In this document: in pieces, positions 1 through 13,209 of the stretch
Layout of the letters: each line of letters begins with the position of its first letter
Position numbering within the stretch: the stretch's first letter is position 1
Assembly: GCA_029953675.1 (NCBI GenBank)
Contig: JAMWBK010000006.1
Span: 1,178,001 to 1,242,000, forward strand
Direction of reading: 5' to 3'
DNA: 64,000 nucleotides
Source: Rhodosorus marinus CCMP1338
Lineage: Eukaryota; Plantae; Rhodophyta
Program-made: the position numbers and the translations under genes
The notes under the pieces: generated by a model
What the model saw: the letters and a program-made list of their open reading frames with translations, nothing else
The model's database searches: none
Told to the model about the DNA's origin: nothing

Positions 1-7
1 TTAACAG

Positions 8-451
8 GAGCGAGAGCGTAAGGCAAAGGAGGTACAGGAGGACCAAGAACGGAGGGTACGGGAAGCCAAGGAGCGACGGGAGAGGAGATTGAGCCTGCTT
101 CCGGAAGAGCCCGCAGCGAAAGCACCTAATTCTACGGCGCTCGCGATCAGAATCCCTGACGGAGATCGAATTAGTCGACGGTTCAATGCCACGGATACAC
201 TGGACCACGTGTTTGAGTTTGTAGAGGCCACAACTGGTAATGCTCTGGGCTGACTTTGCATTCCGCCTTTCGCGTGACAACCGCTCGGACCTGACTCTCC
301 GTGCTCTCATTGTTTGGTGTTCACAGGTCTTGACCTGAGCGGTTACGAGGTCATGGCGCAGTTTCCGAGAAAGGTTTTCCGAAGATCCTCAGAAACCCTT
401 CGGGAAGCGGGTCTCACTCCGAACGGAAGCCTGATTGTTCATCTCCCGTGA
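8..451 (+). CDS. UBX-domain protein, 3' end (partial; exons ~8-236 and 327-451)
   Basis: Spliced translation gives a charged coil ERERKAKEVQEDQERR followed by LPEEP..ALAIRIPDGDRISRRFNATDTLDHVFEFV / ..FPRKVF..TLREAGLTPNGSLIV, a typical UBX C-terminus. GT..AG intron at 237-326. Confidence 0.85.
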
Positions 452-1899
452 TATCCTATGGCTGCCATTAATATGCTGTGCTTCAAATCTCCATGGGCTT
501 GCACCCACTGATGAGGCAGAGTTCAGGAACGATGAGTTTCTTGCCTCGGGGGTGCTTTTTCATGTGTATTTGATTGAAAGATGTCTCCGAATGTAACTAT
601 CTCGAATGCTTGTATTGCTAATCAGAGGGCGACGTGATATATTAACCAAGATTGGTCGCAGAGTAAAAACCAAGTGTGTTTTTCAGTGTCGACGGGTTAG
701 CTTCGCAAGTTTTGAACATCTCGATTCGGGTTGGGACTGACATAGAACTAGTGCGGGAACAGAGTCCCGCGCGTGGCTGCTCTTTCAGCTGAAGCTTCAG
801 GTAGCTGTTTTCTGGCTTACTTGTGGCATTGAGTCAGCTTGTGGACTCGCCTCCCCCTTTTCTCACAAACTGTGATCGATTCGTCGGTCACGTTCCTCAC
901 AACAAGGTGGAAATGGAGCGAGATGCGTTGACAATGAGAATATTGGAAAGGACTCGCGGTTGCACCCTAGACGAGCGACTTGACAAAAGCAAGGACCCCT
1001 CTACACACAAGCGACTATCGTGCTCATTTTGTGGCGCTCCAGCTAGCTATCGCTCAACGTTAATTTGGGTATCATATTCGGACAGGTTGGGGGAGGGTCT
1101 CTCGTTGCACGAATATCCATACATAAGTTTCACTTCGCTTGCTAATTGCTTTCAACAGAATGTGCTTTCTTCTGCATTATCTTGAATCTAGAAATTTTGC
1201 ACCGGACTCCGTTCGAAAGAGGCCTGTTCACAGAGTGCACCGTTGCACGCAATTCGTTTTTTGCACCTTCTGAAAGCCTGGCAGTTGCTTCCCCCTTATT
1301 GTGGTAATAACTTCAAAGTGAACCTTGCACATGTGCAAGTCGAGATTGGGAAGGGGAGCAAGCGTAGAACACGCGACGCGTCGAAGAGCGCGAATATTGG
1401 GGGCCCCGCATGGCCCCCCATATTCGCGCTCGACTCCTATATCCGCTGCTGAAGCTCTTCAACTGCGAGCCGCGCTGGAGTAACTTGCAATGCTCGGGAT
1501 TCTTGTCTCGTTCTGATCATCAGATCGGGCTGAGACAAAAAATCCGCACTCGGCTGAGAGACAAGCTCTGCCTATATGACGAAGGATCCTCATAAACCCA
1601 GCCGAGGCAGTTTCCCAAATCAGCGCGAGCTTCCAAGAAAATTGAGCAAAATGTCACCAGGAAAATTAATTCCTATTCAGTGAAAAATGTCTAGATTAAG
1701 AACTAACAGCCACGTTCTGGCTCTCCTGAAGATACCTGCCCGCAAAATTAAAACAGATAATCCTTGATCTGGCTTTCAAAAACTCGGCGTGGTATCGGGA
1801 TCCATTGGGCTGGCCAATGTGGGTTTTTACCAAACACGCGGTTCACAGAGCAGACGAGAACATAAGATTTTTCCTCTAGATGGAACCAATGCTGGCTTC

Positions 1900-3085
1900 G
1901 TGAACATGGGGATGTGTTTCTTGCCTGTGGATGAGCTTGCGGATCCGCTATTGATGCTCAATTGACGGATAGGCGGGATTCCTTCTGTAACCATCGTGTC
2001 CGATAATCCTCCACGGCCAAAGACTTATCTTATGATCGACACAAGAATGAGGGTGGGAGCTGGCGAAGCGTTCGCGGTGATGCTCCTCACGTAACAAGTC
2101 CTCCACAAAGCCCTTCGATCGCTGAAAGCCTCCAGAGTACAGTTGAAAGAACAAGATGTTCGGAGTAATTCTGTTTTTCGAGATCTCTGCTCATCAGCGT
2201 TCTCGCGCGTCAAGTTCACCGAGCTTTTAGTGACGAAGCACTGCCTTGATTCACAAGATGCTCACTCGTGAGAATAGAGTGAAACCTTGAAAAATATTCA
2301 CGAAACCAGGCCAAAACGGAAACAGGCGATGCTGACTGAAGCCGGTCCCAGGTTTATAGTTAAAAAACCAGCGTTTCCGAGTTCAAATGAGGTAAAACCC
2401 AAAAACCCCAATTCCCCAATATCCAAAGTATGATCAGTACGGATACCAGCGAAACTATAAATGCCCGTTATTGCTTTGAATGTTGGTTCACCATCACAAC
2501 AAACCTCGTCAACCAAATGGCTACGCTCCTCCGCGACTGGTGATTCGAGCAGGTACTGGTCGAGCCCGGGCCTGTTAGTCAGGAGAGCTCGATTGTGGAG
2601 CCAGATACTCAGGCTATCCATCGTGTCTCCAGACAATTGCTGCTCTTCGAGATTACTGTAGCAAGCCCCTTACGAGTTGCTATAGTACAACGCACTGTTG
2701 CTAGAGCAGGGCGTCGCCGCTCATGACGCTGCCCTTCGGAAGATCCAAAAGTATGCTGGAGTCTCTCGGCACTCGAAGAACGTTTTTCCCGATCGCTCTG
2801 GAAGCGTTTGGACGGCTGAGCGAGACCACGATGACCGGTCTCCGATCCCTCACGCGGCATTTGGATCCGATTTTTTCCCCCCGTCTCACGGCCAGTGGCG
2901 GCCCTAAACAGATATCTTTGGAGGAGTAGCTCGTGGGTAGTCCGGAAGGCTGGAGCGTCTCCAACCTGAATTTTAGAAATGCGTTGAACTAGTTGTGCTG
3001 TTAGTTTTAGCCTTATGAGCCTCCAATCGCTGAGGCTGATTCCTAGTAAAATGAGCCCCGATGATCCATCTCTCGTCAGTCTCAC
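1900..3085 (-). CDS. Possible multi-exon hypothetical gene or decayed coding sequence
   Basis: Several adjacent minus-strand ORFs (2609-3085, 2298-2636, 2025-2219) with protein-like segments. No family recognised and the structure is unresolved. Confidence 0.25.
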
Positions 3086-3504
3086 AAGGATACGTTGCTA
3101 TCTATTTTGTTCCAAAAAAGCAAATGGCACGAGGCTTTTTCATTTCAGGGAGAATTGGCATTGACCCTTAAATTATTCAACATTTTCAATATACATTAAC
3201 GTGAATTTAAGTAGAAAACCACTCGAAAAACCCATCGTGATGCACAGTAAAAGTCGTATTACTCGGTACAATATAGAATAAACAGTAAGATAGCGATTAT
3301 TTCACTATATGAAATTTTGTTTTTTAGTCGAATTGTTTTTCTAAAAAGCAGTCTGGTTCGGAGATTCAAAATCTTGCCTTGAAGGAGAAAAGAAAATTTA
3401 GGGCTAGAGAAACTTTTTTGGAATATTGAAATGATTGGGAGTGTGCGTGGGGGAGGGATATGCTGTTCACGTCAGGATAGAAATTTTGTTTCGGCTTTGA
3501 AATA

Positions 3505-4065
3505 TGAAGGGATATTGTTTGGTCAGCCGATGTTATTGGAAGGGGAGGGGGGGGAACTTTCGGGGAACTACATTAACCAGAATGGAGAGGGCTATGTCGC
3601 GATGGTCAAGATTTGTTCTCTTCCCTGGGCCAAGGTGAAGCAATTGGTTCATGCACCAACATTGATTGTCCGGCCGATTCTATTGGACGGGGAGGGGGGA
3701 GGGACGTTCCAGGAACTCTCTTAAGTATTGAATCAAGAGAAATATTTAATGATCGTGAAGATTGGTTTTCTACCCTGGGCCAAAGGTGAACAGTGGTTGG
3801 TACGAATAGATATTGATTGAACTGCTAATGTTATTTGATGGGGAGGGGGCAGAGATATGTTCGAGGAACTATATTGAGCATTGAATGGAGAGCGTTTGGT
3901 ACTGAACGTGAAAATTGGTTTTCAACCGGGGCCCCAGGGGAACATTGGTTTAGGCGCGGTGACCCGGAAACAAAAATTAGTCAAACTGCAGAACAGATAT
4001 GGTCCACAGTGTGAACATTGGTTTTCGACCTTGGGCCAAAAAAGGGGGGAACATTGGTTTAGGCA
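3505..4065. repeat. Degenerate ~150-bp tandem repeat, ~3 copies plus a partial
   Basis: Motif ccctgggcc recurs at 3623, 3773, ~3925 and ~4029. Motif ggggagggg recurs at 3542, 3689 and 3840. Confidence 0.7.
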
Positions 4066-4318
4066 TATAGAGGCCAGGGCCCAAAAATTCAGTCAAAGCA
4101 CGTTTGGAGGGCTAGTAGGAGCCGAACATTGGCCTTTTTTTGGAGAAAAGGCATAGAGCCGAAAGTCTCTTGTTATGAAAGTAAGAGGCGAGGTTTGTGG
4201 GAGGGGTTACGAAGGGGAGGGGGAGGGAGGTGGGGGTTATAAGGCCACGAAGGCTCCCCTTAGCATTTGACTTTTCTTGGTGTTTTGCACTGGACTAGTG
4301 TCCGTCAAGCTCAGAAGC

Positions 4319-5724
4319 ATGGACTGGTGGGCTAGGGTAGGATGGATTCTCCTCCTAGCTGGGATGGTATCTTCTGCAATCGATTGTACGGTAGCCTTTG
4401 ATGGCGGGGAAGTTGAGTTTGATACGTGCCAGAGTATTTTGGGCGACGCGAAGTTGTATTACTCCTTCGTTGGGGATGAGGTCGACATGGCGTTTCAAGT
4501 GAATCTGGATGTACGTTGGTCTGCTGATAGGCAGGCGAAAGCGATTCACCTCCAATATTTCCATTCCTTCGCCGGCTTGTATGAGTCGGGCGCAGCTGTC
4601 TCAGTGCTGACTGCATCGAGATTTTTTTGTTGTCTGTATAGGATGGCTATTTTGGGTTTGGTTTTCCGCAGAACGCTGGGCAGATGACTGGACCTGGATC
4701 AGTTGCAGCAATTGCCTACGTGTCGTCTGGATCTGAACCGTTCGTGGGTGACTATACCCTACTATCCAAGTCTACCGCAGGCGTTCAGGTAGATGGTCTG
4801 CAGCTATGGACAATGAGTGACGTTTCGTTTGCAGATAATTTGTTATCTGCTCGCTTTGTCCGGAAGCAGGTGATTGATGGTCTGCGATCAGTTGTTCCTG
4901 GAACGCTTCAGTATATGACGGCTAGTGGATCAGCTCCATCTTCGCCCTCCACTTTGACACGGCACACTCACAGATTTTATGGTTCGATCCAACTTCTGGA
5001 AGGCGAAAACGGAGATGTAGATACCGGCGATATCTTCCCGGAGCTAGGCTCTGATAGATATGTAAATGTATTCACTGCTCATGGCGCGCTGATGGTCACC
5101 GCATGGATTTTCCTAATTCCCCTGGGCATTATCATGGCGAGACACTTCCGCCAGAAGACAGATCACTGGTTCAACATCCACCGAATTGTTCAGGGAACTG
5201 CGGTGATAATCAGCCTTGCTGCGTTCATACTAGCCCTTGTGGAGAGCATCGGCGGTATTTCTAGCGCGCATCTTGTTATCGGAATAATTGTGACGGTATT
5301 CTCGTTGCTTTCTGCGAGCGCAGCAACCTTCTTGCGTCCAGTCAAGGACTCGCGAAGACGGAAACAATTTAACATTGTGCACCGAGTTGCGGCAGCAGTT
5401 ATGTTCGCTTTGGCGGTTGCGAACTGCTATATTGGACGGAATCTTCTAAACGACGTGAGTATCAATGCGTACTGCAGCAGCTTTCCAAGTCTTAAGGAGG
5501 CCTATTCAATACCACCACTCGTTCTCAAGCCGTTTCTTCTCTTACCCTTCATCCAGTTTACGGACACGAAAGCATTCCTTATTGTTATCTCAGTCGGGCT
5601 GGGAGTAATGGTCGTTGCCGAAATTGTCACGTTAGTTCTCATACCTCGATTCGATCCAGCCGTCGAGAAGGCCGATGACGCTGAGTCTAACCCTAGCGGT
5701 CACACCAAGGATGCAGGAGAGTAG
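4319..5724 (+). CDS. DOMON + cytochrome b561 domain membrane protein (multi-exon)
   Basis: Signal peptide MDWWARVGWILLLAG and a DOMON-like beta region, then the b561 His motifs AHGALMVTAW, WFNIHRIVQ, SAHLVIG and FNIVHRV. Confidence 0.85.
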
Positions 5725-6095
5725 GAAAACAGGGCAAAGCGCTCCCGCAGCATTCTGGAGCCCCGTTCATTACCTACACTTTGATGCGCGGGAATCATGA
5801 TGTCTTCAACGCAATCCCCCACCCCGTGGAGTGTTCGTGGTTCGCTAATGCAGAATAGGACGCAGAACGCCCCTGGCTCAAGAAGAACCCTATTGATGAA
5901 GCTAAGATATTTACAGCTTTACAGAATTGCATACAAAGTAACTATTCTAACGTGCGCGACTATGGCACTCAAGCTATGGAGGACGCAACGCGCGCATAGG
6001 CAGGACGTCCAATTCCGGATAATGCAGAACGAACAGCGCACCTGGCAACCGCTTCTTTTTTTGTTACAATTTGTTAGTTTCAGACCGCAGAGACT

Positions 6096-7001
6096 TCAGA
6101 GGTCATCAAAGTCATCGTCCTCGTCTTCTGCGTTTTCGTTTTCCTGGCCACCATCGTCGTTCTTGGTGTCTCCCACTGTTATCGTCACGTCCTCTGCCTT
6201 GGCGTACCTCTGCACATACTCCTTCACCTGTTAAGAAGATTGGTCCCATTCGCTAACCTTTAGCTACAGTGCACGCTGCATTTTTGTCTTGCTACCACTG
6301 GCTTACCCTCGCGTTGTACGTATGCGGGTCCCTCATATGTAAGGCTGCGGCGTCTGCGTTCATCGGGTCACTTGGATTCGGATAGGTTAGCAATTGCGGC
6401 AAAAATACTTCAAAGATGTTAATCAGATTGAACATTGGACTCCATAGCTGGTTGATGACATCCAAGCAAACAGTGCCAGTCCTAGTAGAAAACAAACAGA
6501 AACTGATCAGGACAAAAGAAAGGAAACAAGGGGCAACTTTCCGCGCAGAATCCTGCGTGTCTTGCTGTATGATTAGAGCTTACGTCTCATCCACGTTTGG
6601 GTGGTACATTCGGTTGACAAACCCTATCGACGGACTCTTGTATGGATACCCCTCTGGCAGCTCGACATGGACCTTCCACGTTCCACCTTCATACGGAGCT
6701 GAGAAGTCATAAAACGGTGATTAAGTATAAAGCCTGAAGTCCGTCAAGTCAAACAACGATGACTGCACGAATTCTTCTCAACTGGTTGAAAATAATTGCT
6801 GGATACAAACTATAGCAAACCAAGCCCCACACTGGTCCGGGGAGTATGCGAATGACAAAACCTACTTTCCCTTGGACCTTCAAACCTGACGTAGAGCTCC
6901 GACCTCCTGTCCTCATCACAAAGTGCAACTTCATAGTCGGCCATGAGCAACTTCATGATATCAAACTCTCTCCTCTTCGTGCGAGATGTCGCGTTCTCCA
7001 T
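6096..7001 (-). CDS. UBE2H: Ubiquitin-conjugating enzyme E2 H (Ubc8 family), 4+ exons
   Basis: [83 protein letters not shown], and an acidic tail [10 protein letters not shown]. Confidence 0.93.
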
Positions 7002-9006
7002 TTCACACAAGAACAAAAAAACCTGGCAAAATCTCTCGAATACGAATCACGTACTTCAACAGTTACCTTCGGCACTTACACCACCCACCCAGCAGCGACA
7101 GACAGCGAAACAAAACAAAAAAAGAAAACAGAGAACAGCGCCCCCGGGACTACCAGAAAAGCTCACACAAACAGAGAAGCAAAGAACCACAAAGGTCCCT
7201 TCCTTCCCCACTCAACTCTAACCTTCCTCAAACCCTCTTTTTTCCTTCTCAACCTCAACCCCCACACCTCACCTAATCCCCCACCGCCCCTCCCCACGAT
7301 TTGCATCTGTATCCCCAGCAGACCTTAATATGGACCCCATTCTTCCGCCATCCTGCCCCATGTCTTTTCCCCATTTAATTCCAACACATCTCATTTTCTC
7401 GCCCCTCTCCCCCCCCTTAAACAATCCACCAGAATATCTTCCCCCTTCCAAAACTAGTTATTCTCGCATTAAACTCGATAATTCATCAAATTCATGTCGC
7501 ATGCCAGCCCTCAGATTATGAGTATCTAAAAAGGATCCAGAATAGGCACCCAAAATCTAATGCCAAAAAAGCACATCACATCAAATGGTATCCTCTACTT
7601 GGCCAAAAGGAAAAAATTCCGGCAGCTGTTCCCCCCCACAGAGGACCCGCATCTTTTTACCATGGGACAAGCTGTCCATTTTAGAAGTATCACCATATAG
7701 TAAATATGCCGTTAATATTTTGAAAATAACATAAACTTGGACTGTCCGATACTTGTGTTATGTAATGTATTATGCGATATGAAGTTGAAAACAAGGTACC
7801 TTCCCGGTTAGTAGTAAGATGTTGGGATTTCCACTTCATATATTTCCATTATTTTTATTGGCCAAAAATAGCAGTGGCTTATCTTTAAAGAAATCAATCA
7901 GAGGTCGCAAGATCGAGATCGTCCAACCTTGCCAGACGAGGAAGTTGGGAGAGAGATACATTTCTTGCCATCTGGGAGTGATGGATAAGACATTGCGGAT
8001 AGTTAATTGAATTATTAAATAATTTGGAGATGTTTTTGTTTCCGCTGGGATTTCGTGTGCAGTTGCGTTAGGATAGGGAGGGTGGGGAGGTAGGGAGTGG
8101 GTGTTATCGTATGTACCAGAGTTTGTAGTGTACGGGGGACGTTCGATGGCGCACGATCCCAGGGTAAGGGGAAGGAATTTTGCGGAGAGGTGAGTGTATA
8201 GATTTGGGTATTGGGGAGCAGCCGTGGGATCTACATCTGGTTTCGGAGGTTGACTAGAGGCTAAAGGGATCTTGATTCTTATTGTAAATCTCGAGGAGGT
8301 GGTTGACCAGATTGAGTATACGGAAGGATGGAGTGAGGGTGTCCCGTTGGTTACTTGGTGCAATTGTCACCGTCCCTGTCTCCTCTCGTTTGCCGCCATC
8401 GTACGCTTTCAGTTGAGGCGCCTGGATCTTGATGGGCGGGATTCCGCCTGGGCTTCATTTCTCAAACGCGGAGGTTGCATAATTTCTCTCACATTCTTCA
8501 AAAACGTAGCTTGAAACTCTGGCCCCACCAAAAGCGTCCCACACGCAAGCGACTTCAGATTCTCGTCATACCAGGGAACCTACACCCTGGCGCTCCAGGA
8601 AAAGCTTTTCCGGATCCTTGTCCGGCTCAATTCTCGTACGAAGACCAACGAAGTACCGCTACGCCCAACCGAATCCATTCTCCTAAATCGCAGAGTGACA
8701 CTAGAGTCAGTGGAGATTGCACAACTACTTCCCGATTTCCAACTAGTCAGAATCTCCCAATATCACCCATTCGGCCTTCCACGCCGCATGTTCATCATAA
8801 AATAAGAAGCTTTCATAGATTAAACATTCCCACATTCAGTCAAGGAATCTTGATAATCTCTTCCTAAAACAATCATTTGGTGCAAACAAGTATCGTTGTT
8901 ATGTACCATCCAGTTTTTCAAAAATTTGAACTTTCCCACTATCTGTTTTTTTCTCAGTGGCAGGTGTTCGGTGGTTGCTGAAGTGGTGCTCATTTTACAG
9001 GCCCTC

Positions 9007-9080
9007 GGTAACAGTGGCGATGAAGCTGGGCCCCGGTAACATTGGCGATGAAGCTGAGCCCAGGTAACATTGGCGATGAA
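9007..9080. repeat. 28-bp tandem repeat (2.6 copies)
   Basis: ggtaacagtggcgatgaagctgggcccc / ggtaacattggcgatgaagctgagccca / ggtaacattggcgatgaa, ~130 bp upstream of the copine ATG. Confidence 0.9.
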
Positions 9081-9208
9081 CAAGGACCCGGAATTTCTTC
9101 GGTCTGATTTTTGAGGGGGATTTCGGGAGCGCTGTTTTTATAATAACCAGATGATTTAGAATCTCCGAGGAGTTGTCTTTTTGTTTTGTTTGATCTCGGT
9201 GATGAACG

Positions 9209-11294
9209 ATGTCGTCCTATGATGATATTAGCGAGGATGCTACGGGTGAAAGCGTCAAGGCCGCTCAGCATGGGAAGGTGGACGAGGTAACAGCATATTT
9301 TCGCTTAAAGCTGAGCATAGAGAACATCAACATCAAGAAACCCCTTGCTGTGGTCTTTGAAGGGGAGAGTTCTGTTGAGGTCGGACGTTCCCCATTCCTG
9401 CAGGATCCTGTACAGCTAGCTTTCTACTTTCAAAAGGTGCAGGCACTACCGCAACTCGCTTTTGCATTCGAAAGCTCTCGTCGCCGTTCTCTGACGTCTT
9501 CCTTTGGGTCTTCTTATCGGACGTTTGTGCAAAGATTCAACCCATACGGATAGTACTGTATGATTTCCACGGGAAAGAGGGCGAAGAGGGTGAATTGAAT
9601 CGAGTTGGGAGCGTTTCTACTACTCTGGGAAGGCTTGTTTCGTTAGGGATGTCGGTCATGCCAATAGATCAGTCTGAGAATCTCGGCGGTAATGGAGTCC
9701 TGAGAGTGACTGTCTCGTTCGTGAGTTCTCCGTGGAAGAGCAAACGAGTGGATTTTAAATTCTGGGCATCGGGCCTGGATCGAAAGGATTATGCTGGCGT
9801 TGGTATGTCTTCCGAATACGTCTTCTCGCCATCGGCAACGATGCGCTTTGCACGAACTGCCCCGCTGACCTCGAACCGTTGTTTCAGGACGATCTGATCC
9901 TTACTTTCTTATTTTCGCGGAGGATACGGATGAACTGCTCTACCAGTCCGAGTACATCACAAGCACGCTTCGTCCAGAGTGGCGTACAGGACGGTTTGAC
10001 TTCCACGTGTACGACCCGGACAATACGTTCGAACAAGCCGCGTACAGACTCAAAGTAGTTGTTATGGACGAAGATTTTGGCAAAGGCAAGAACGACTTGA
10101 TTGGCAGCTTGAATGTTGCTCTCTCAGAAATTGTCGCAGGTAGATATACGTATCAGGCATATATGGATCTTCGATCTTTTAAACGTTTATCTGAAGATTT
10201 CGGTGCCTGGTTATCTCGTGCTTAAGGTGCGGAGTTCCCTCTTCAGCGGCAGAGCAAAAAGGGTGGAGTTGCTGGAAAGCTGCTGGTCAGGAGCTTCTCG
10301 ATATCGGATATTCCATCCATTGGGCACTATCTGGTAATGGGTTGTGACCTGTGGTTGAACATCGCGTTTGACTTTACGCGGTCAAACATGGACCCGTCGG
10401 AGAGCAGATCGCTGCACCACCTGGATTCCGATAATGTGTACATGAAGGTCATCGATGAAGTCATACCACTACTTCTTCAATATGACCCGGACGGGGAAGT
10501 GGACTGCTTTGGATTCTCCGGCAAGCTCAGTCCCCAAGCCCCAACCCAGTATGCCTTCAACTTAAAAGGAAGTGGAGAGACATGTGTTGGAAGCGAGGGC
10601 GTTAAGGACGCTTATGCGGAGACGGTGAAATCAATTACATTATCTGGCCCAACAAAGGTGGTTCCTGTGATGCAGAAGGTGGTCAGCATGTTGCAGGGAA
10701 GCAGGTTGAGCAAATCTCGTCAGAGATACTTGGTCCTAGTCATCGTTGCGGACGGTGTCCCCGTGGAATTAGATCAGTTCAAAGAGGTGAGAGCAGTCCA
10801 TAAGCTCAGCAACCCAATCAAGGTTAGTCGGAATTCGAGCGGGAACATTGACCTTTCTCTGCGAACGCTGTGTAGGCAATTGTCGAGATGTCTAGACAGC
10901 CACTGTCAATATTCTTCGTTGGAGTTGGGACCGCCAAGTTCGATCGGCTAAAGGAGATGGACAAGGAAAGACCTCTCAGAACCAGCTTTAACATGCAAGG
11001 ATCGCGTGTTGCCCACACAACGTTCCGCTTCCTGCATTTGAGCAGTTGCAAAGCATCACTTGAAGAGGAACTTCCAGAGTCGACTCTCCAGAAAAGAAGA
11101 AAAGATAGTTTCGCAACAGCCAAAGAGATTGGTGAAGAAGTAAGAACACGGCAGGAATCACTTATTTATCCCGGACTACTTTGCTAAGCCGTCCAAACTC
11201 GTGGTATTTTTAGATCATGCTATCGCTTGAGAAGCATATACTAGACTTCGTCAAAAGTGCTGGAAGAGTTCCGATGCCAGCTGCTGAACACTGA
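9209..11294 (+). CDS. Copine (C2 + C2 + vWA), multi-exon
   Basis: C2-like segments (LRVTVS, VVVMDEDFGKGKNDLIGSL), then the vWA segment IAFDFTRSN..SLH, CFGFSGK, TLSGPT, YLVLVIVADG and QPLSIFFVGVG..FD. Confidence 0.85.
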
Positions 11295-12579
11295 CCAACT
11301 CGTGGGTGCATCACTTGAGCTTCGACCTTCTCCTCGGATCTCCCCATGCTTCGATGAGTTGTTTTTTTTTGAGACCGGATGGTCTACTTCTGATAGTTGT
11401 TCCGAGGGTCCTGAAGAGTCCTCGCCCCTCACGCATCCCAACTTTTCTATTTGCACATAATCCTAAACACGTCCTCTACTACGAGATAAGCAATTATGGC
11501 CGACTCCCAACCAGCAATGGTCAGCAAGTAATTCCAAGCTTGTTGAAAGCACGAAACGGACCACGCACTAAAGCTGCCTGGGAAAGTCTTACTCTCGTGC
11601 CTGGGCTGACCAATCATGCGCCCTAATGCGATACAAGATGACTTTCATAGTCTGTGGGCTTGGAATCAAGTTTCCAGTGCTGATACTAGCGGCACTCCTG
11701 CATGACGAATATTCCGGGTATCATACACTACTGCCACGCTAAAAAAAGTCTGTGTCCCAACCCGTTGACGCCCTGATCAACCAAGCCTGTCCTGCTCTAC
11801 ATTCAACATCGCTTTCTGGTGGGGGCCGGCGAGGAAAGCGCTACGCCTAAGAAAAACGAAGTTACTTCTAGGAAAGGGCAAAGCACGAACTATGAACTCA
11901 TGGGGGAGTCAAGGCACTATGGCTGAATCGACGTCCCTCTTCACAGCGTCCAGTGCTTGTCTAGCGAGGGCAAAATCAGGTCTCAGATAGTGGAAAACCA
12001 TGTGATGAGTTTCCTCGAAAGAGTGCTCCTCCCAAAGACTCGCCTCTAAGATAACCCATGGACGGTTGGTTTCCACTAAAAGCCAGAGTACAATTTCGAC
12101 TCGTGGTTAGATGCTATTGCTGACTACTGCTCGCTGCCCGTCGTATTGAAGTGATGCCCGTGGCTGAACAAGCCTTTACGACTCCATGCGTCCTCTAGAA
12201 TCAGCGACATACAAGCCACCCCTCCGGCCGCGTAGCACATATGCGGACCGGATAGTTCGCTTGTCGGTTGACGGCGACTTCCCGACTTCCTCAAAAACAG
12301 AAAGCGCCATGAATCTAGAAAGCGGTTACAGCTTGACCAGTCTTGGGCTTCACCGCAGTAAAGTCTCCTTGGTGCCAAAGACTGGTGCCTCCATCGTCGG
12401 GGGTGGAGTTGCTCTGCGGATGACGCGCCTAGTTCCCCAAAATCGGTTATCACTCTGTATCGTCAGGCAAAGGTAAACGTTTGCTAAGAGGAGTGTGGAA
12501 GCTTAAGAGTCTTGCGCTTCGGTGCTGAGTTTTGCCAGCCTTGCGCATAGAAATTGTGGTTTTGAAGCCACGTTCGAAA

Positions 12580-13209
12580 ATGGGGAAGAGCCGTGACTTA
12601 AATCCTGTTGAGAAGCAGCGCCGCGAGCAGAAGGAAAAGGAGCGCCGGAAGAACAAAAATGCTCGCGCGAAGGGGCGTGAGATAAGCATGCTGAGGCGAG
12701 ACCCAGTAGCTATCAGGGAGGAGATCAACAAGCTTCGGAAGGACCTTGCCTCGCGTGGGGAGGACGATGAGAAGAGGCTAGTTTTGAGGAGGCACTTGAA
12801 ACGCCTTCAGGATGAGTTCAACTCGGCAGTTAGCGCTCAGAAAAAGGCCGACCCAATGACGATGGAAAGGCTCGGAGCGAGACCTCTTCCGAAAGACTTT
12901 GCGCCAGCCAATGACCCGCTTAACCCGGAGAACGGTGGAGAATCACGGGATTTCGCCAGAAATCGGGCCCTGAATCGCCCACAACCGTATTCCGTAAGCG
13001 TTTCTTGAGAACAATGATCCACGGTGGCTTTTTCTACAAAATCAAATCGATTTTAATCTGCTCTCAACTCTCTGCATCAAGGACAGAATGACCCCATGGA
13101 CTCGTACGCGGGGCCTTCCCCCGAGCCTGCTCCAGGACCGAGCTTGCCTGCAGCTCCAGTCGCGGTGAGCCAACCCCATGAACTTGATTTGGCTCAAGGA
13201 CTGTACTGA
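12580..13209 (+). CDS. WW-domain-binding protein 11 (Wbp11 N-terminal domain)-like; 3' end uncertain
   Basis: MGKSRDLNPVEKQRREQKEKERRKNKNARAKGRE..RRDP matches the Wbp11 N-terminal pattern. Donor gtaagc at ~12995 is followed by a Pro-rich exon. Confidence 0.6.

Noticed and set aside
12003-12123. Possible C/D-box snoRNA (GTGATGA..CTGA)
   Set aside because: There is no terminal stem or identifiable guide, and such short motifs occur by chance.
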